Of a stretch of 64,000 nt of DNA, positions 1-11,082 are shown piece after piece (within the stretch, counting starts at the first letter, position 1; every line of letters begins with the position of its first letter). The position numbers and the translations under genes are program-made. Location of the stretch: positions 17,736 through 81,735 of the forward strand of contig CAYTUK010000007.1 of NCBI GenBank assembly GCA_964441285.1, read 5' to 3'. Source of the stretch: an uncultured Thiotrichaceae bacterium (GTDB lineage: Bacteria; Pseudomonadota; Gammaproteobacteria; SZUA-229). The notes beneath the pieces were generated by a model that saw only the letters and a list, made by a program, of their open reading frames with translations, searched no databases and was not told where the DNA came from.

Positions 1-1
1 T

Positions 2-496
2 GTCCCCGGCATAGAAAGCGGTAATGATGTTGAAATACTCAGCGGCATTAAAGCTGGCGATGATGTGGTTACTTCGGCACAGTTCCTGATTGATTCTGAA
101 GCAAACATGCGAGCCAGTCTTGAACGTATGTCACCAGTGGAGAATAAATCTACGGGTAAAAAAGCTGTGGATAATAAATCGACTAAGAGCAAAAAGAAAG
201 CTAAAACGGCCGCCGCAGCAATGCAAATGATTACGGCAAAAGGTGTTGTTAAAGCGATTGATGTAAAGACAGGAAAACTCACTTTACAGCATGATGCGAT
301 TAAGGTGCTGGGATGGCCAGCAATGACCATGCGTTTCTCGCTGATGAGAAATATTGACATCAGTCAGTTTCAGTTGGGTGAAAAAATCACCTTTGAGCTG
401 ATGAAAATGGGTAAGAACTATATAATTTCGTCAGCACATAAAACGAGTCCAATGGTTATGCGCGATAGTGGCATGAGATCACAGGGAGAGCAGTAA
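2..496 (+). CDS. cusB: 3' part of a CusB-type RND periplasmic adaptor fused to a C-terminal CusF copper/silver chaperone domain (starts before the window)
   Basis: Frame is open from base 2 (VPGIESGNDVEILSGIKAGDDVVTSAQFLIDSE, the typical CusB C-terminus). A Lys-rich linker follows, then the CusF motif QH..I..LGWPAMTM.F. Stop overlaps the cusA start. Confidence 0.85.
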   Translation, partial: VPGIESGNDVEILSGIKAGDDVVTSAQFLIDSEANMRASLERMSPVENKSTGKKAVDNKSTKSKKKAKTAAAAMQMITAKGVVKAIDVKTGKLTLQHDAIKVLGWPAMTMRFSLMRNIDISQFQLGEKITFELMKMGKNYIISSAHKTSPMVMRDSGMRSQGEQ

Positions 497-3400
497 TGAT
501 TGCGAAAATTATTAGCTGGTCCATTGATAACCGTTTTATGGTGCTGATGTTAACGGCGATCCTGATTGGTCTTGGTGTTTACTCTATCAAACAGACACCG
601 CTGGATGCATTGCCAGACCTTTCTGATGTGCAGGTAATTATTAAAACCTCCTTCCCTGGACAGGCACCACAGGTGGTGGAAGATCAGGTAACTTATCCGC
701 TTACCACGGCGATGTTATCTGTGCCTAAAGCGGTTAATGTGCGAGGCTATTCTTTTTTTGGTGACTCGTATGTTTATGTTATTTTTAAAGACGGGACCAA
801 TCTGTACTGGGCGCGCTCGCGAGTACTTGAATATTTAAGCCAGGTAAGTAGCACGCTACCCGCAGCAGCACGGCCTGAATTAGGGCCGGATGCTACGGGT
901 GTTGGCTGGGTGTATGAATATGCACTGGTTGACCCAACCGGAAAACATGACCTGTCGCAACTAACCACGCTCCAAAACTGGTTTTTAAAATATGAGCTGC
1001 AAACTGTGCCGGGAGTTTCAGAAGTTGCGACTATCGGCGGGATGGTAAAGGAGTATCAGGTAGTCATTGATCCAGATAGCTTGCGTGCTTATAACATACC
1101 ACTGGAGAAAGTAAAAAAAGCGATTCAAAATGCTAATCACGAAGCTGGTGGTTCGGTGGTGGAAATGGCCGAGGCCGAGTATATGGTTCGTGCAACGGGT
1201 TATATTAAATCATTGAAGGATTTGCGAGAAGTTCCGCTGGGGGTCAATAAAGAAGGGATTCCTATTTTGTTAAAAGATGTAGCGCAGATTCGAATCGGTC
1301 CGCAGGCGCGTCGTGGTGTTGCAGAATTAAATGGGAAAGGCGAAGTAGTTGGTGGGGTAATTCTAATGCGTTTTGGCGAAAATGCGTTGACCACCATTGA
1401 AGCTGTTAAAGCCAAACTGAAAGAACTGTCTCGCAGTTTACCTAAAGGGGTAAAAATTGTTGAAACCTATGATCGTTCTTCATTAATTAAACGTTCGGTT
1501 GAAACATTGAAAGGCAAACTACTGGAAGAATTTATTGTTGTTGCCATCGTGTGTGCTATTTTTCTGTTTCACCTGCGTTCAGCGCTGGTGGTTATATTAT
1601 CGTTGCCCGTTGGTATTCTGATCGCGTTTATTGTTATGGATCGCATTGGTATTAGCGCAAATATCATGTCACTTGGAGGGATTGCGATAGCCATTGGTGC
1701 AATGGTAGATGCGGCCATTGTAATGATTGAAAATGTCCATAAACACATGGAGGGTGTGGAGGTGACGGATGAAAATCGCTGGCAGATAGTGAGAGGTGCG
1801 GCAATGGAGGTTGGACCACCTTTGTTTTTCTCGTTATTAGTGATTACGCTGAGTTTCCTGCCTGTGTTTACCCTGCAGGCACAAGAAGGGCGAATGTTTG
1901 CACCACTTGCTTTTACTAAAACATTTTCTATGGCAGGTGCTGCCTTTCTTTCTATTACTCTGGTGCCAGTATTAATGGGGTATTTTATTCGTGGACGCAT
2001 TCTGCCTGAGCATAAAAACCCGGTTAACCGGTTTCTCATTGCGGGTTATCGTCCGTTTATTAATGCTGTATTAAAGGCACCAAAGACAGTTTTATTCCTG
2101 GCATTTATTGTTGTTGTGGTTGGTTTCTGGCCGTTGAACCAACTTGGCTCTGAGTTTATGCCTGAATTGAATGAAGGTGACTTACTTTATATGCCCAGTC
2201 TTTATCCTGCGATTTCAGTGGGTAAAGGCGAGCAGATTTTACAGCAAACAGATCGGTTGATAAAAACTGTACCAGAGGTAAAAAGTGTTTTTGGGAAAAT
2301 TGGACGCGCCCAAACGGCAACAGACCCCGCGCCTCTCACCATGATAGAGACCACAGTTCAGTTAAAACCAAAGAGTGAATGGCGCAAAGGTATGACAATA
2401 GATAAATTGAAGAAGGAACTCAATGCGCTAGTTAAGTATCCAGGGTTGACTAATGCCTGGGTAATGCCAATTAAAAACCGCATTGATATGCTGGCAACCG
2501 GAATTAAAACCCCCGTTGGTATCAAAGTGGCGGGTCCGAGTCTGAAGGTAATTCAGAAGATAGGCCAGCAGATTGAAAAAGTATTAAACAAGGTGCCGGG
2601 GACGGTATCGGTTTATGCTGAACGGGTGGTTGGTGGACGTTATATCACGGTAGATATAAATCGTGTGGCTGCGTCACGTTTTGCATTAAATATTTCAGAT
2701 ATTCAGGATGTTGTTCGTATTGCAATGGGTGGGGAAAATGTAACGACAACAGTTGAAGGGCTGGAACGATACCCGGTTAATCTTCGTTACCCACGGGATG
2801 TACGTGATTCACTGAAAAAAATCCGTAACTTGCCGCTGGTTACACCGACTGGTGCCACCATTCCTTTAGCTGAGGTGGCTAATGTGCGGATTGATAATGG
2901 GCCAGGTGTGATTAAAACAGAAAATGCCCGTCTCAACGGCTGGATTTATATCGACATCGCAGGTCGTGATCTGGGTTCTTATGTACTGGATGCACAGAAG
3001 GCCGTGAAAGATAATATTAAGTTACCTACAGGATATTCTCTCTCGTGGTCGGGTCAGTATGAATTTATGGTGCGAGCAGTACAGCGTTTGAAAACAGTAG
3101 TGCCGATTACACTGGTTATTATTATCTTGTTACTGTATATCAATTTCAGGAATATAACCGAAGTATTAATCATCATGGGTACCTTACCGTTAGCATTAAT
3201 TGGTGGTTTCTGGTTATTGTATTTGCTTCACTACAATATGTCAGTTGCAGTGGGGGTTGGTTTTATCGCCCTGTCCGGCGTCACAGTTGAAATCGGCGTG
3301 GTTATGCTGGTCTACCTGAATCAGGCATTACAGAAACATCTCGATGAAGCAAACCGTAAAGGTAAGGCCTTAACCATTGATGAAGTACGTGCAGCTGTTA

Positions 3401-3624
3401 TTGATGGGGCATTGTTACGTGTACGCCCGATTATGATGACAGTCGCCGCGGTGATTGCTGGTTTATTGCCCATTATGATTGGTGGTGGTACTGGTTCTCA
3501 GGTGATGAGACGAATTGCTGCACCAATGGTAGGGGGAATGATCAGTGCGACTTTATTAACTCTGATTGTTCTTCCCGCTGTATTCCTGATTTGGAAAAGC
3601 ATGGGCTTGAAAAAGAAAGCATAA
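496..3624 (+). CDS. cusA: CusA/CzcA family heavy-metal efflux RND permease (Cu/Ag)
   Basis: 1042 aa; DALPDLSDVQV, GPDATGVGWVYEYAL, GGIAIAIGAMVDA, TDPAPLTMIET, RIDMLATG (Met triad region). Confidence 0.96.
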   Translation: MIAKIISWSIDNRFMVLMLTAILIGLGVYSIKQTPLDALPDLSDVQVIIKTSFPGQAPQVVEDQVTYPLTTAMLSVPKAVNVRGYSFFGDSYVYVIFKDGTNLYWARSRVLEYLSQVSSTLPAAARPELGPDATGVGWVYEYALVDPTGKHDLSQLTTLQNWFLKYELQTVPGVSEVATIGGMVKEYQVVIDPDSLRAYNIPLEKVKKAIQNANHEAGGSVVEMAEAEYMVRATGYIKSLKDLREVPLGVNKEGIPILLKDVAQIRIGPQARRGVAELNGKGEVVGGVILMRFGENALTTIEAVKAKLKELSRSLPKGVKIVETYDRSSLIKRSVETLKGKLLEEFIVVAIVCAIFLFHLRSALVVILSLPVGILIAFIVMDRIGISANIMSLGGIAIAIGAMVDAAIVMIENVHKHMEGVEVTDENRWQIVRGAAMEVGPPLFFSLLVITLSFLPVFTLQAQEGRMFAPLAFTKTFSMAGAAFLSITLVPVLMGYFIRGRILPEHKNPVNRFLIAGYRPFINAVLKAPKTVLFLAFIVVVVGFWPLNQLGSEFMPELNEGDLLYMPSLYPAISVGKGEQILQQTDRLIKTVPEVKSVFGKIGRAQTATDPAPLTMIETTVQLKPKSEWRKGMTIDKLKKELNALVKYPGLTNAWVMPIKNRIDMLATGIKTPVGIKVAGPSLKVIQKIGQQIEKVLNKVPGTVSVYAERVVGGRYITVDINRVAASRFALNISDIQDVVRIAMGGENVTTTVEGLERYPVNLRYPRDVRDSLKKIRNLPLVTPTGATIPLAEVANVRIDNGPGVIKTENARLNGWIYIDIAGRDLGSYVLDAQKAVKDNIKLPTGYSLSWSGQYEFMVRAVQRLKTVVPITLVIIILLLYINFRNITEVLIIMGTLPLALIGGFWLLYLLHYNMSVAVGVGFIALSGVTVEIGVVMLVYLNQALQKHLDEANRKGKALTIDEVRAAVIDGALLRVRPIMMTVAAVIAGLLPIMIGGGTGSQVMRRIAAPMVGGMISATLLTLIVLPAVFLIWKSMGLKKKA

Positions 3625-3681
3625 ATGCTCGTTAATGGAGATGACAATGATATTTTTTATGGTTAATCAAAGAGTAATCGA

Positions 3682-4380
3682 ATGACGATAAAGATTGAAT
3701 ATTTTAGCGATGTATTGTGTGTCTGGGCTTACAGTGGGCAGATACGCATGGATAAACTTAAAGATGAATTTTCTGACCAGATTGAAATTGAATATCGTTT
3801 TGTTCCCATTTTTGGTGCTGGCAAACAGCATATTGAAAAAGTTTGGGAAGAGAATGGCGGGGCCAGAGGATTTAATCAGCATCTACAGGATGTGGCTAAA
3901 AAATGGGATCACATAACGCTGTCACCTGAGCTGTGGGTTACCGTTTCACCCGCATCGTCCATCGCCGCGCATTTATATTTAAAGGCTATTCAGTTACTGG
4001 TCAAACAGGATGAAATTGATGACCTGCCAGTGGCAAACTTTAATAACAGAACGCCGTTTGAAGAAGCACTCTGGTTATTTAGAGAGTCTTTTTTCTTTAA
4101 GGCGAAAGATATAGCGCAGCGTTGTGTGCAGGATGAAATTGCGGCAGAACTTGCACTACCAATAGAAAAGATTCATGGCTTAATGGATTCGGGAAAAGCC
4201 TATGCGGCATTGTACCTCGATGATGAGTCTTGGCAGACGTACAAAGTTCCTGGTAGTCCAACGTTGGTTTTAAATGAAGGGAGACAGTTACTTTATGGCA
4301 ATGTGGGTTATCGGATTATTCAGGCCAATGTGCGAGAATTACTGCATAACCCGGATCATGGTGAGGCAAGCTGGTGTTAA
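3682..4380 (+). CDS. DsbA/FrnE-like thioredoxin-fold protein with a single-Cys motif
   Basis: N-terminal IEYFSDVLCVWAY and late VPGSPTLVLNEG cis-Pro loop. Confidence 0.75.
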   Translation: MTIKIEYFSDVLCVWAYSGQIRMDKLKDEFSDQIEIEYRFVPIFGAGKQHIEKVWEENGGARGFNQHLQDVAKKWDHITLSPELWVTVSPASSIAAHLYLKAIQLLVKQDEIDDLPVANFNNRTPFEEALWLFRESFFFKAKDIAQRCVQDEIAAELALPIEKIHGLMDSGKAYAALYLDDESWQTYKVPGSPTLVLNEGRQLLYGNVGYRIIQANVRELLHNPDHGEASWC

Positions 4381-4413
4381 TGATATCGAACGCCTCTGCT
4401 TTGCTTTATGGTG

Positions 4414-4526
4414 GGATACTTATGGTTCAAGACCGTCAGCCGCAAGGATGCGGATGTCGAGCCGACATGGATGTATTCACCGTGTGTTTTTAACCATGGG
4501 TATCCTTTTCATTCATCACTGTTAGT
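4414..4526 (+). repeat. Family A palindromic MITE-like repeat, copy 1 (left arm eroded)
   Basis: TTCAAGACCGTCAGCCGCAAGGATGCGGATGTCGAGCCGACATGGATGTATTCACCG core, shared with other copies in the window. Confidence 0.9.
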
Positions 4527-4543
4527 GATTAACCAGAATAAGT

Positions 4544-4625
4544 TTAAGGAACCGCTGATTAATTCTGTATGCAATATTGTAAGTTGAATGCTTACAGCTT
4601 TATAAATTGATCAGAGATTCCTTAG
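4544..4625. mobile_element. Short non-autonomous element with IS5-like terminal inverted repeats
   Basis: TTAA-GGAACCGCTGATTAATT ... AATTGATCAGAGATTCC-TTAG: 17-bp imperfect TIRs with YTAR-type flanks; related ends at 48839-48995. Confidence 0.55.
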
Positions 4626-4633
4626 AAGAAACC

Positions 4634-4666
4634 TTGACCTGTGACCCAGGGTATAGGTTGTAGTAT
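4634..4666 (+). promoter_or_regulatory. MerR-family (CueR-like) metal-responsive promoter/operator for the YHS-copA unit
   Basis: TTGACC -35 overlapping the dyad ACCTGTGACCC-A-GGGTATAGGT, then TAGTAT after an over-long spacer. Resembles the E. coli PcopA ACCT..AGGT dyad. Confidence 0.65.
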
Positions 4667-4768
4667 TGGGTAGAGCTTGTATACATAGCTTATATATAGA
4701 CGCTTGTATCAGGAAACGAATGGATTCCTGTTTAGGATAAATAGATAACTTTAAATGAGGTGAGTATT

Positions 4769-5167
4769 ATGTTTGGTAAAAATTTGTTTGGTAAAAATAA
4801 AAACGTAACAGATAATACGACAAACAAACTGGAGCTGAAAGATATTGTGTGTGGCATGACCGTCACAGATAAAAGTGAGCACCATATTAATTTACAGAGC
4901 CATGATTATTATTTCTGTAGTAGCAGTTGTCACGATAAATTTAAAACTGATCCAGAACAGTATGTATCGCCACCTGATAGCAGTAAAAATGTGCAACTTA
5001 AAGATCCCGTCTGTGGTATGAATATTACTGCGGATAGTAATTTTCATCTTCACCATGATAATCAGGAATATTATTTTTGCAGCCAGGGGTGTGAAGATAA
5101 ATTTCAATCGGCACCAGATGAATATGTGAATTTAGACGATGCGGCAGGGCATTCTGTAAAAAAGTAA
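4769..5167 (+). CDS. Tandem YHS-domain metal-binding protein; probable N-terminus of a frameshift-fused CopA
   Basis: Two D(I/P)VCGM...YYFCS..C..KF...P..Y repeats; GAGGTG SD 6 nt before ATG 4769. Confidence 0.85.
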   Translation: MFGKNLFGKNKNVTDNTTNKLELKDIVCGMTVTDKSEHHINLQSHDYYFCSSSCHDKFKTDPEQYVSPPDSSKNVQLKDPVCGMNITADSNFHLHHDNQEYYFCSQGCEDKFQSAPDEYVNLDDAAGHSVKK

Positions 5168-5222
5168 AAACGGAAATAGTGGATGATTGCTTGCATAAAG
5201 CAGGTGCCATTAATTCCGTTTT
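5158..5222 (+). promoter_or_regulatory. Candidate -1 programmed ribosomal frameshift signal
   Basis: In-frame A_AAA_AAG at 5158-5164, TAA at 5165-5167, and stem 5167-5182/5207-5222 (15 of 16 positions pair). The -1 frame is the copA frame. Confidence 0.7.
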
Positions 5223-7440
5223 CTATACCTGTCCGATGCACTCTGAGGTTACTCAGGAAAAGCCAGGTTCATGCCCAAAGTGTGGTATGGCATTAGAAAC
5301 GGCGGGTGCCCCGATAGCCATAACAAGCACAGAATATACCTGTCCAATGCACCCTGAAGTGATACAGGATCATCCCGGTAATTGTCCAAAATGCGGTATG
5401 GCACTGGAAGCAAAAACCATTGTTGCTGAAGATAAAAATGAAGAGCTTGACGATATGAGTCGGCGTTTCTGGTTTAGTACAGTGCTGGCAATACCCGTAT
5501 TTCTGCTTGCCATGATTGCTGATTTAATGCCGGCATTATTGCCTGATGCTTTATCCATGCAATATGTGCAATGGATTGAGTTCGTGCTGGCGACACCGGT
5601 TGTTTTCTGGGGTGGCTGGCCTTTTTATGTGCGCGCAGTACAATCGGTCAGAACATGGAACCTGAATATGTTTACTCTGATTGGTCTGGGAGTCTCTGTT
5701 ACCTGGATTTATAGTACTGTAGCGTTGTTGTTTCCAGAAATCTTTCCAAAAGTCATGCAAATGGAAGGCGGCATAGTCGATGTTTATTTTGAAGCTGCAG
5801 CAGTTATTACGGCTCTGGTTCTGTTGGGACAGGTGCTTGAGCTACGTGCTCGTAGTCAGACAAATTCAGCAATAAAAATGTTACTTGGTCTGGCACCAAA
5901 TACCGCACGTATTGTTCGTGATGATGGCAGTGAAGAAGATATTCCATTAGAGCAGGTGAAAGTTGGTGATGTGTTACGTGTCAGACCCGGTGAAAAAGTT
6001 CCGGTTGATGGTCGCGTTACCAGCGGCAGTAGTTCGATTGATGAATCAATGGTAAGTGGAGAACCGATTCCTGTTGGTAAAGAGGAAGGTGATCATGTTA
6101 TTGGTGCTACCGTTAATGGTACGGGTAGCCTATTAATGCGTACGGAAAAAGTTGGTGCAGATACGCTGTTGTCACAGATAGTCCACATGGTAAGTGAAGC
6201 ACAACGCTCACGCGCACCAATTCAAAAGCTGGCAGATGTGGTTGCCGCCTATTTTGTACCAGCCGTGGTGACTGTCGCTGTTATTGCTTTTTTTGTCTGG
6301 TGGCTTGCTGGCCCTGAGCCTCAGCTAGCTCATGCTGTGGTGAATGCGGTTGCCGTTTTAATTATTGCCTGTCCATGTGCATTAGGTCTGGCGACACCGA
6401 TGTCGATTATGGTTGGAACGGGTAAAGGTGCAACGATGGGGGTGTTGATTAAAAATGCTGAAGCGCTAGAAATTCTAGAAAAAGTTGATGTTCTGGTTGT
6501 CGATAAAACAGGGACCTTAACAGAAGGTAAACCAAAATTGGTCGCGGTTAAAACGGTGAATGATTTTGATGAGAACACAGTACTATCACTGGTTGCTAGT
6601 CTGGAGCGTTCGAGCGAGCACCCGTTGGCTGCGGCAATTGTACAGGGAGCAAAAGAACGTAATGTTAGTTTCTCACAAACCGACGAGTTTGAGTCGGTAA
6701 CCGGTAAAGGTGTTAGCGGCGTGGTGAATGCGAAGCGTGTGGCTTTGGGCAATCTTAAACTTATGCAAAGTTTAAATATAGATATGGGTGATTTATCTTC
6801 GCAGGCAGAAGCAGGGCGTGCTAAAGGTCAAACGGTTATGTTTATCTCGATTGATGGTCAGGCTGCGGGTCTCATTGGGGTGGCCGATCCGATTAAAGCT
6901 TCAACCAGCGAAGCAATTAACCATCTGCATAAAGCCGGGGTGCAGGTTGTAATGCTTACGGGAGACAGTAAAACAACTGCTGAAGCGGTTGCAAAAGAAT
7001 TGAACATTGACCGGGTGGAAGCCGAAGTATTGCCTGATCAAAAAGCCAGTATTGTTAAACAGCTTCAGACGGAAGGGAAAATTGTTGCTATGGCCGGTGA
7101 TGGGATTAACGATGCTCCAGCACTGGCACAATCTCATGTTGGTATTGCAATGGGAACAGGTGCTGATGTGGCAATGGAAAGTGCCGGAGTTACTCTGGTA
7201 AAAGGGGACTTGCGCGGCATTGTGAGAGCACGGCGACTCAGTCATGCGGTAATGAATAATATTCGGCAAAATTTATTTTTTGCGTTTATTTATAACCTGC
7301 TTGGTGTACCCGTTGCAGCGGGTGTGCTTTACCCATTTTTCGGTATATTACTGTCGCCCGTTATTGCCGCTGCAGCGATGAGTTTTAGTTCAGTCTCTGT
7401 GATTACAAATTCATTAAGGTTAAAGCATACGGAATTATAA
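5179..7440 (+). CDS. copA: Copper-translocating P1B-type ATPase (frame open from 5122; probably entered by frameshift)
   Basis: Two YTCPMH...CPKCGM metal-binding domains, [30 protein letters not shown] and MSFSS. Confidence 0.95.
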   Translation: MDDCLHKAGAINSVFYTCPMHSEVTQEKPGSCPKCGMALETAGAPIAITSTEYTCPMHPEVIQDHPGNCPKCGMALEAKTIVAEDKNEELDDMSRRFWFSTVLAIPVFLLAMIADLMPALLPDALSMQYVQWIEFVLATPVVFWGGWPFYVRAVQSVRTWNLNMFTLIGLGVSVTWIYSTVALLFPEIFPKVMQMEGGIVDVYFEAAAVITALVLLGQVLELRARSQTNSAIKMLLGLAPNTARIVRDDGSEEDIPLEQVKVGDVLRVRPGEKVPVDGRVTSGSSSIDESMVSGEPIPVGKEEGDHVIGATVNGTGSLLMRTEKVGADTLLSQIVHMVSEAQRSRAPIQKLADVVAAYFVPAVVTVAVIAFFVWWLAGPEPQLAHAVVNAVAVLIIACPCALGLATPMSIMVGTGKGATMGVLIKNAEALEILEKVDVLVVDKTGTLTEGKPKLVAVKTVNDFDENTVLSLVASLERSSEHPLAAAIVQGAKERNVSFSQTDEFESVTGKGVSGVVNAKRVALGNLKLMQSLNIDMGDLSSQAEAGRAKGQTVMFISIDGQAAGLIGVADPIKASTSEAINHLHKAGVQVVMLTGDSKTTAEAVAKELNIDRVEAEVLPDQKASIVKQLQTEGKIVAMAGDGINDAPALAQSHVGIAMGTGADVAMESAGVTLVKGDLRGIVRARRLSHAVMNNIRQNLFFAFIYNLLGVPVAAGVLYPFFGILLSPVIAAAAMSFSSVSVITNSLRLKHTEL

Positions 7441-7601
7441 AGTGTTTTTAGACGGCATTATAATCCTTCTAAGGTAAAGATGAAGAGACTTATCTGTCGC
7501 TAGAAATCGTTATACATACGGTGAAATTAATCAGCAACAACAGGCAGCTTTGAAGCAGGAGCTAAACAATAACCTGATATTTATTTAATGAGGTATGAGC
7601 A

Positions 7602-7931
7602 ATGAAGTTTCGTAAAATTACAGCAATTATACGACCTGAGCGACTTGAGGCAGTGGAAGAATGCCTGAAAAAAATGAATGTTCCTGGCATTAGTGTTACC
7701 AAAGTAAAAGGTTTTGGTGAACATGCTAATTTTTTTGAGTCAGACTGGATGTGCCAGAATGTCAGAGTGGAAGTTTTTACTGAAATCAGGCAGGCAGATG
7801 AGGTTGCCAGGAAGATTATGGACGCTGCACACACGGGTATTGAAGGTGATGGCATCGTCGCCATTTTACCAGTAGAAACGATTTACCATATTCGCACCAA
7901 AGAGAAATGCGAACACGAAGTTTGTAAGTAG
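7602..7931 (+). CDS. PII-family (GlnB-like) protein of the heavy-metal-efflux-associated type
   Basis: KITAIIRPERLEAV, VKGFG, AAHTG..GDG.V; T-loop short and without the uridylylated Tyr. Confidence 0.85.
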   Translation: MKFRKITAIIRPERLEAVEECLKKMNVPGISVTKVKGFGEHANFFESDWMCQNVRVEVFTEIRQADEVARKIMDAAHTGIEGDGIVAILPVETIYHIRTKEKCEHEVCK

Positions 7932-7947
7932 CCTGGTTGCTACTTAT

Positions 7948-8079
7948 TACTGAAACGAATGAAAAGGCTACTCATGTGTTAAAGACATGCGGTGAATCCA
8001 TCCCTGTCAGCTCGACACCCGCATCTCTGCGGCTGATGGTCTCGAACAATGGGTAGCCTTTTCATCTGTACTGTTAGTA
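7948..8079 (-). repeat. Family A repeat, copy 2
   Basis: TACTGAAACGAATGAAAAGGCTAC ... GTAGCCTTTTCATCTGTACTGTTAGTA; core on the minus strand. Confidence 0.92.
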
Positions 8080-8096
8080 ATTTGTTAAAGGGGGAA

Positions 8097-9560
<1,464 letters not shown>

Positions 9561-9636
9561 TCACGACTTATTCAGAGCCTTCCTAGTATATCATTGCAAT
9601 TCTGCTATGAGATATTCAAATGAGGCAAACAAGCGA

Positions 9637-11034
9637 ATGAGTAAGTACAGAGTTGAAAAAGACAGTATGGGTGAGCTTGAAGTTCCGGCGGATGCGTTTT
9701 ATGGCGCACAGACGCAGCGTGCAGTCAATAATTTTCCAATCAGTGGCTTAACCATACCTCCAGCATTTATTCATGCGCTGGGACGCGTTAAACAAGCCTG
9801 TGCCAAAGCGAATCATAGTTTGGGTGGGTTGGATGCACTGCAGTTACAAGTGATCAGTGACATTTGTGAACAGATGGTTGCTGGTAAACTGGATGCACAG
9901 TTCCCGATTGATGTTTTTCAGACAGGTTCAGCAACCAGCACCAATATGAACGCAAATGAAGTTATTGCGCATCTGGCGACTGCTGCCATTTCAGTAACGA
10001 ACCAAACGGCTTATGTACACCCCAATGATCATGTCAATATGAGCCAGAGTTCAAATGATGTGATTCCAACCACGATTCATGTTTCTGCCAGCTTGGTCTG
10101 TGAGCAACAGCTCTTGCCCGCACTGGAACATTTGCATTCAGTGATTACACAGCGTGCGGGAGAGTTAAAAAATGTGGTAACAACCGGCCGTACACATTTG
10201 ATGGATGCCATGCCTGTTAGTCTGGGACAGGTGCTTTCCGGTTGGGCGATGCAGATTGCTAACGGCATTACCCGCATTCGTTCTACCTTGCCGCATTTGC
10301 ATCAGCTCGCAATTGGTGGGACGGCAGTTGGAACCGGTATTAATGCGGATAAAAGGTTTGGCGATGAAGTTGCAAAAATTTTATCGGCTTCAACCCGGAT
10401 TGATTTTTCTACCGCAGAGAACCACTTTGAAGCACTAAGCTCACAGGATGCAGCGGTTGCTCTTAGCGGTCAGCTAAAGACTCTTGCCGTCAGCTTAATG
10501 AAAGTTGCCAACGATCTGCGCTGGATGAATAGTGGGCCACTGTCAGGCATTGGTGAAATTGCCCTGCCCGCATTACAGCCTGGCAGCAGTATTATGCCGG
10601 GTAAGGTTAACCCGGTTATTGCAGAGTCGGTCACGATGGTATGTGCACAAGTTATCGGTAACGATACCACCATTACAGTTGCGGGGCAGTCGGGCAATTT
10701 TCAGTTAAATGTTATGTTGCCACTGGTGGCCTATAATTTATTACAAAGCCTGGAAATATTATCCACTGCAGCAACTGTACTGGCAGATAAAGCCATCGCT
10801 GGCTTTACAGTAAAGCAGGACAATATTGATACTACGCTGGCAAAAAATCCAATACTGGTCACCGCGCTTAATCGTGTGATAGGTTATGAGCTGGGTGCGA
10901 AAATTGCTAAAAAAGCTTATGCTGAAGGCCGCACCGTGATTGATGTTGCGGTCGAATTAACGGACTTAAGCGAAGCTGAGTTGAAGTGTTTGCTTGATCC
11001 AATCCGGTTGGTTGAAGGGGGTATACAGCAATAA
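9637..11034 (+). CDS. fumC: Class II fumarate hydratase
   Basis: RVEKDSMG, YGAQTQRA, QSSNDVIPT, GRTHLMDA, GSSIMPGKVNP. Confidence 0.93.
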   Translation: MSKYRVEKDSMGELEVPADAFYGAQTQRAVNNFPISGLTIPPAFIHALGRVKQACAKANHSLGGLDALQLQVISDICEQMVAGKLDAQFPIDVFQTGSATSTNMNANEVIAHLATAAISVTNQTAYVHPNDHVNMSQSSNDVIPTTIHVSASLVCEQQLLPALEHLHSVITQRAGELKNVVTTGRTHLMDAMPVSLGQVLSGWAMQIANGITRIRSTLPHLHQLAIGGTAVGTGINADKRFGDEVAKILSASTRIDFSTAENHFEALSSQDAAVALSGQLKTLAVSLMKVANDLRWMNSGPLSGIGEIALPALQPGSSIMPGKVNPVIAESVTMVCAQVIGNDTTITVAGQSGNFQLNVMLPLVAYNLLQSLEILSTAATVLADKAIAGFTVKQDNIDTTLAKNPILVTALNRVIGYELGAKIAKKAYAEGRTVIDVAVELTDLSEAELKCLLDPIRLVEGGIQQ

Positions 11035-11082
11035 TATCGGTCTGCAAAAAATGAATGCTGAGGTAACTTTTTAGCATTCTGC

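Noticed and set aside
4274-4525. 83-aa ORF, plus similar ORFs at 7979-8206, 43757-44008, 51249-51638 and the 31025-31294 extension of the aminotransferase, sharing RPSAA/RQPQGCGCR peptides
   Set aside because: The shared peptides come from translating the family A repeat; these are not independent genes.
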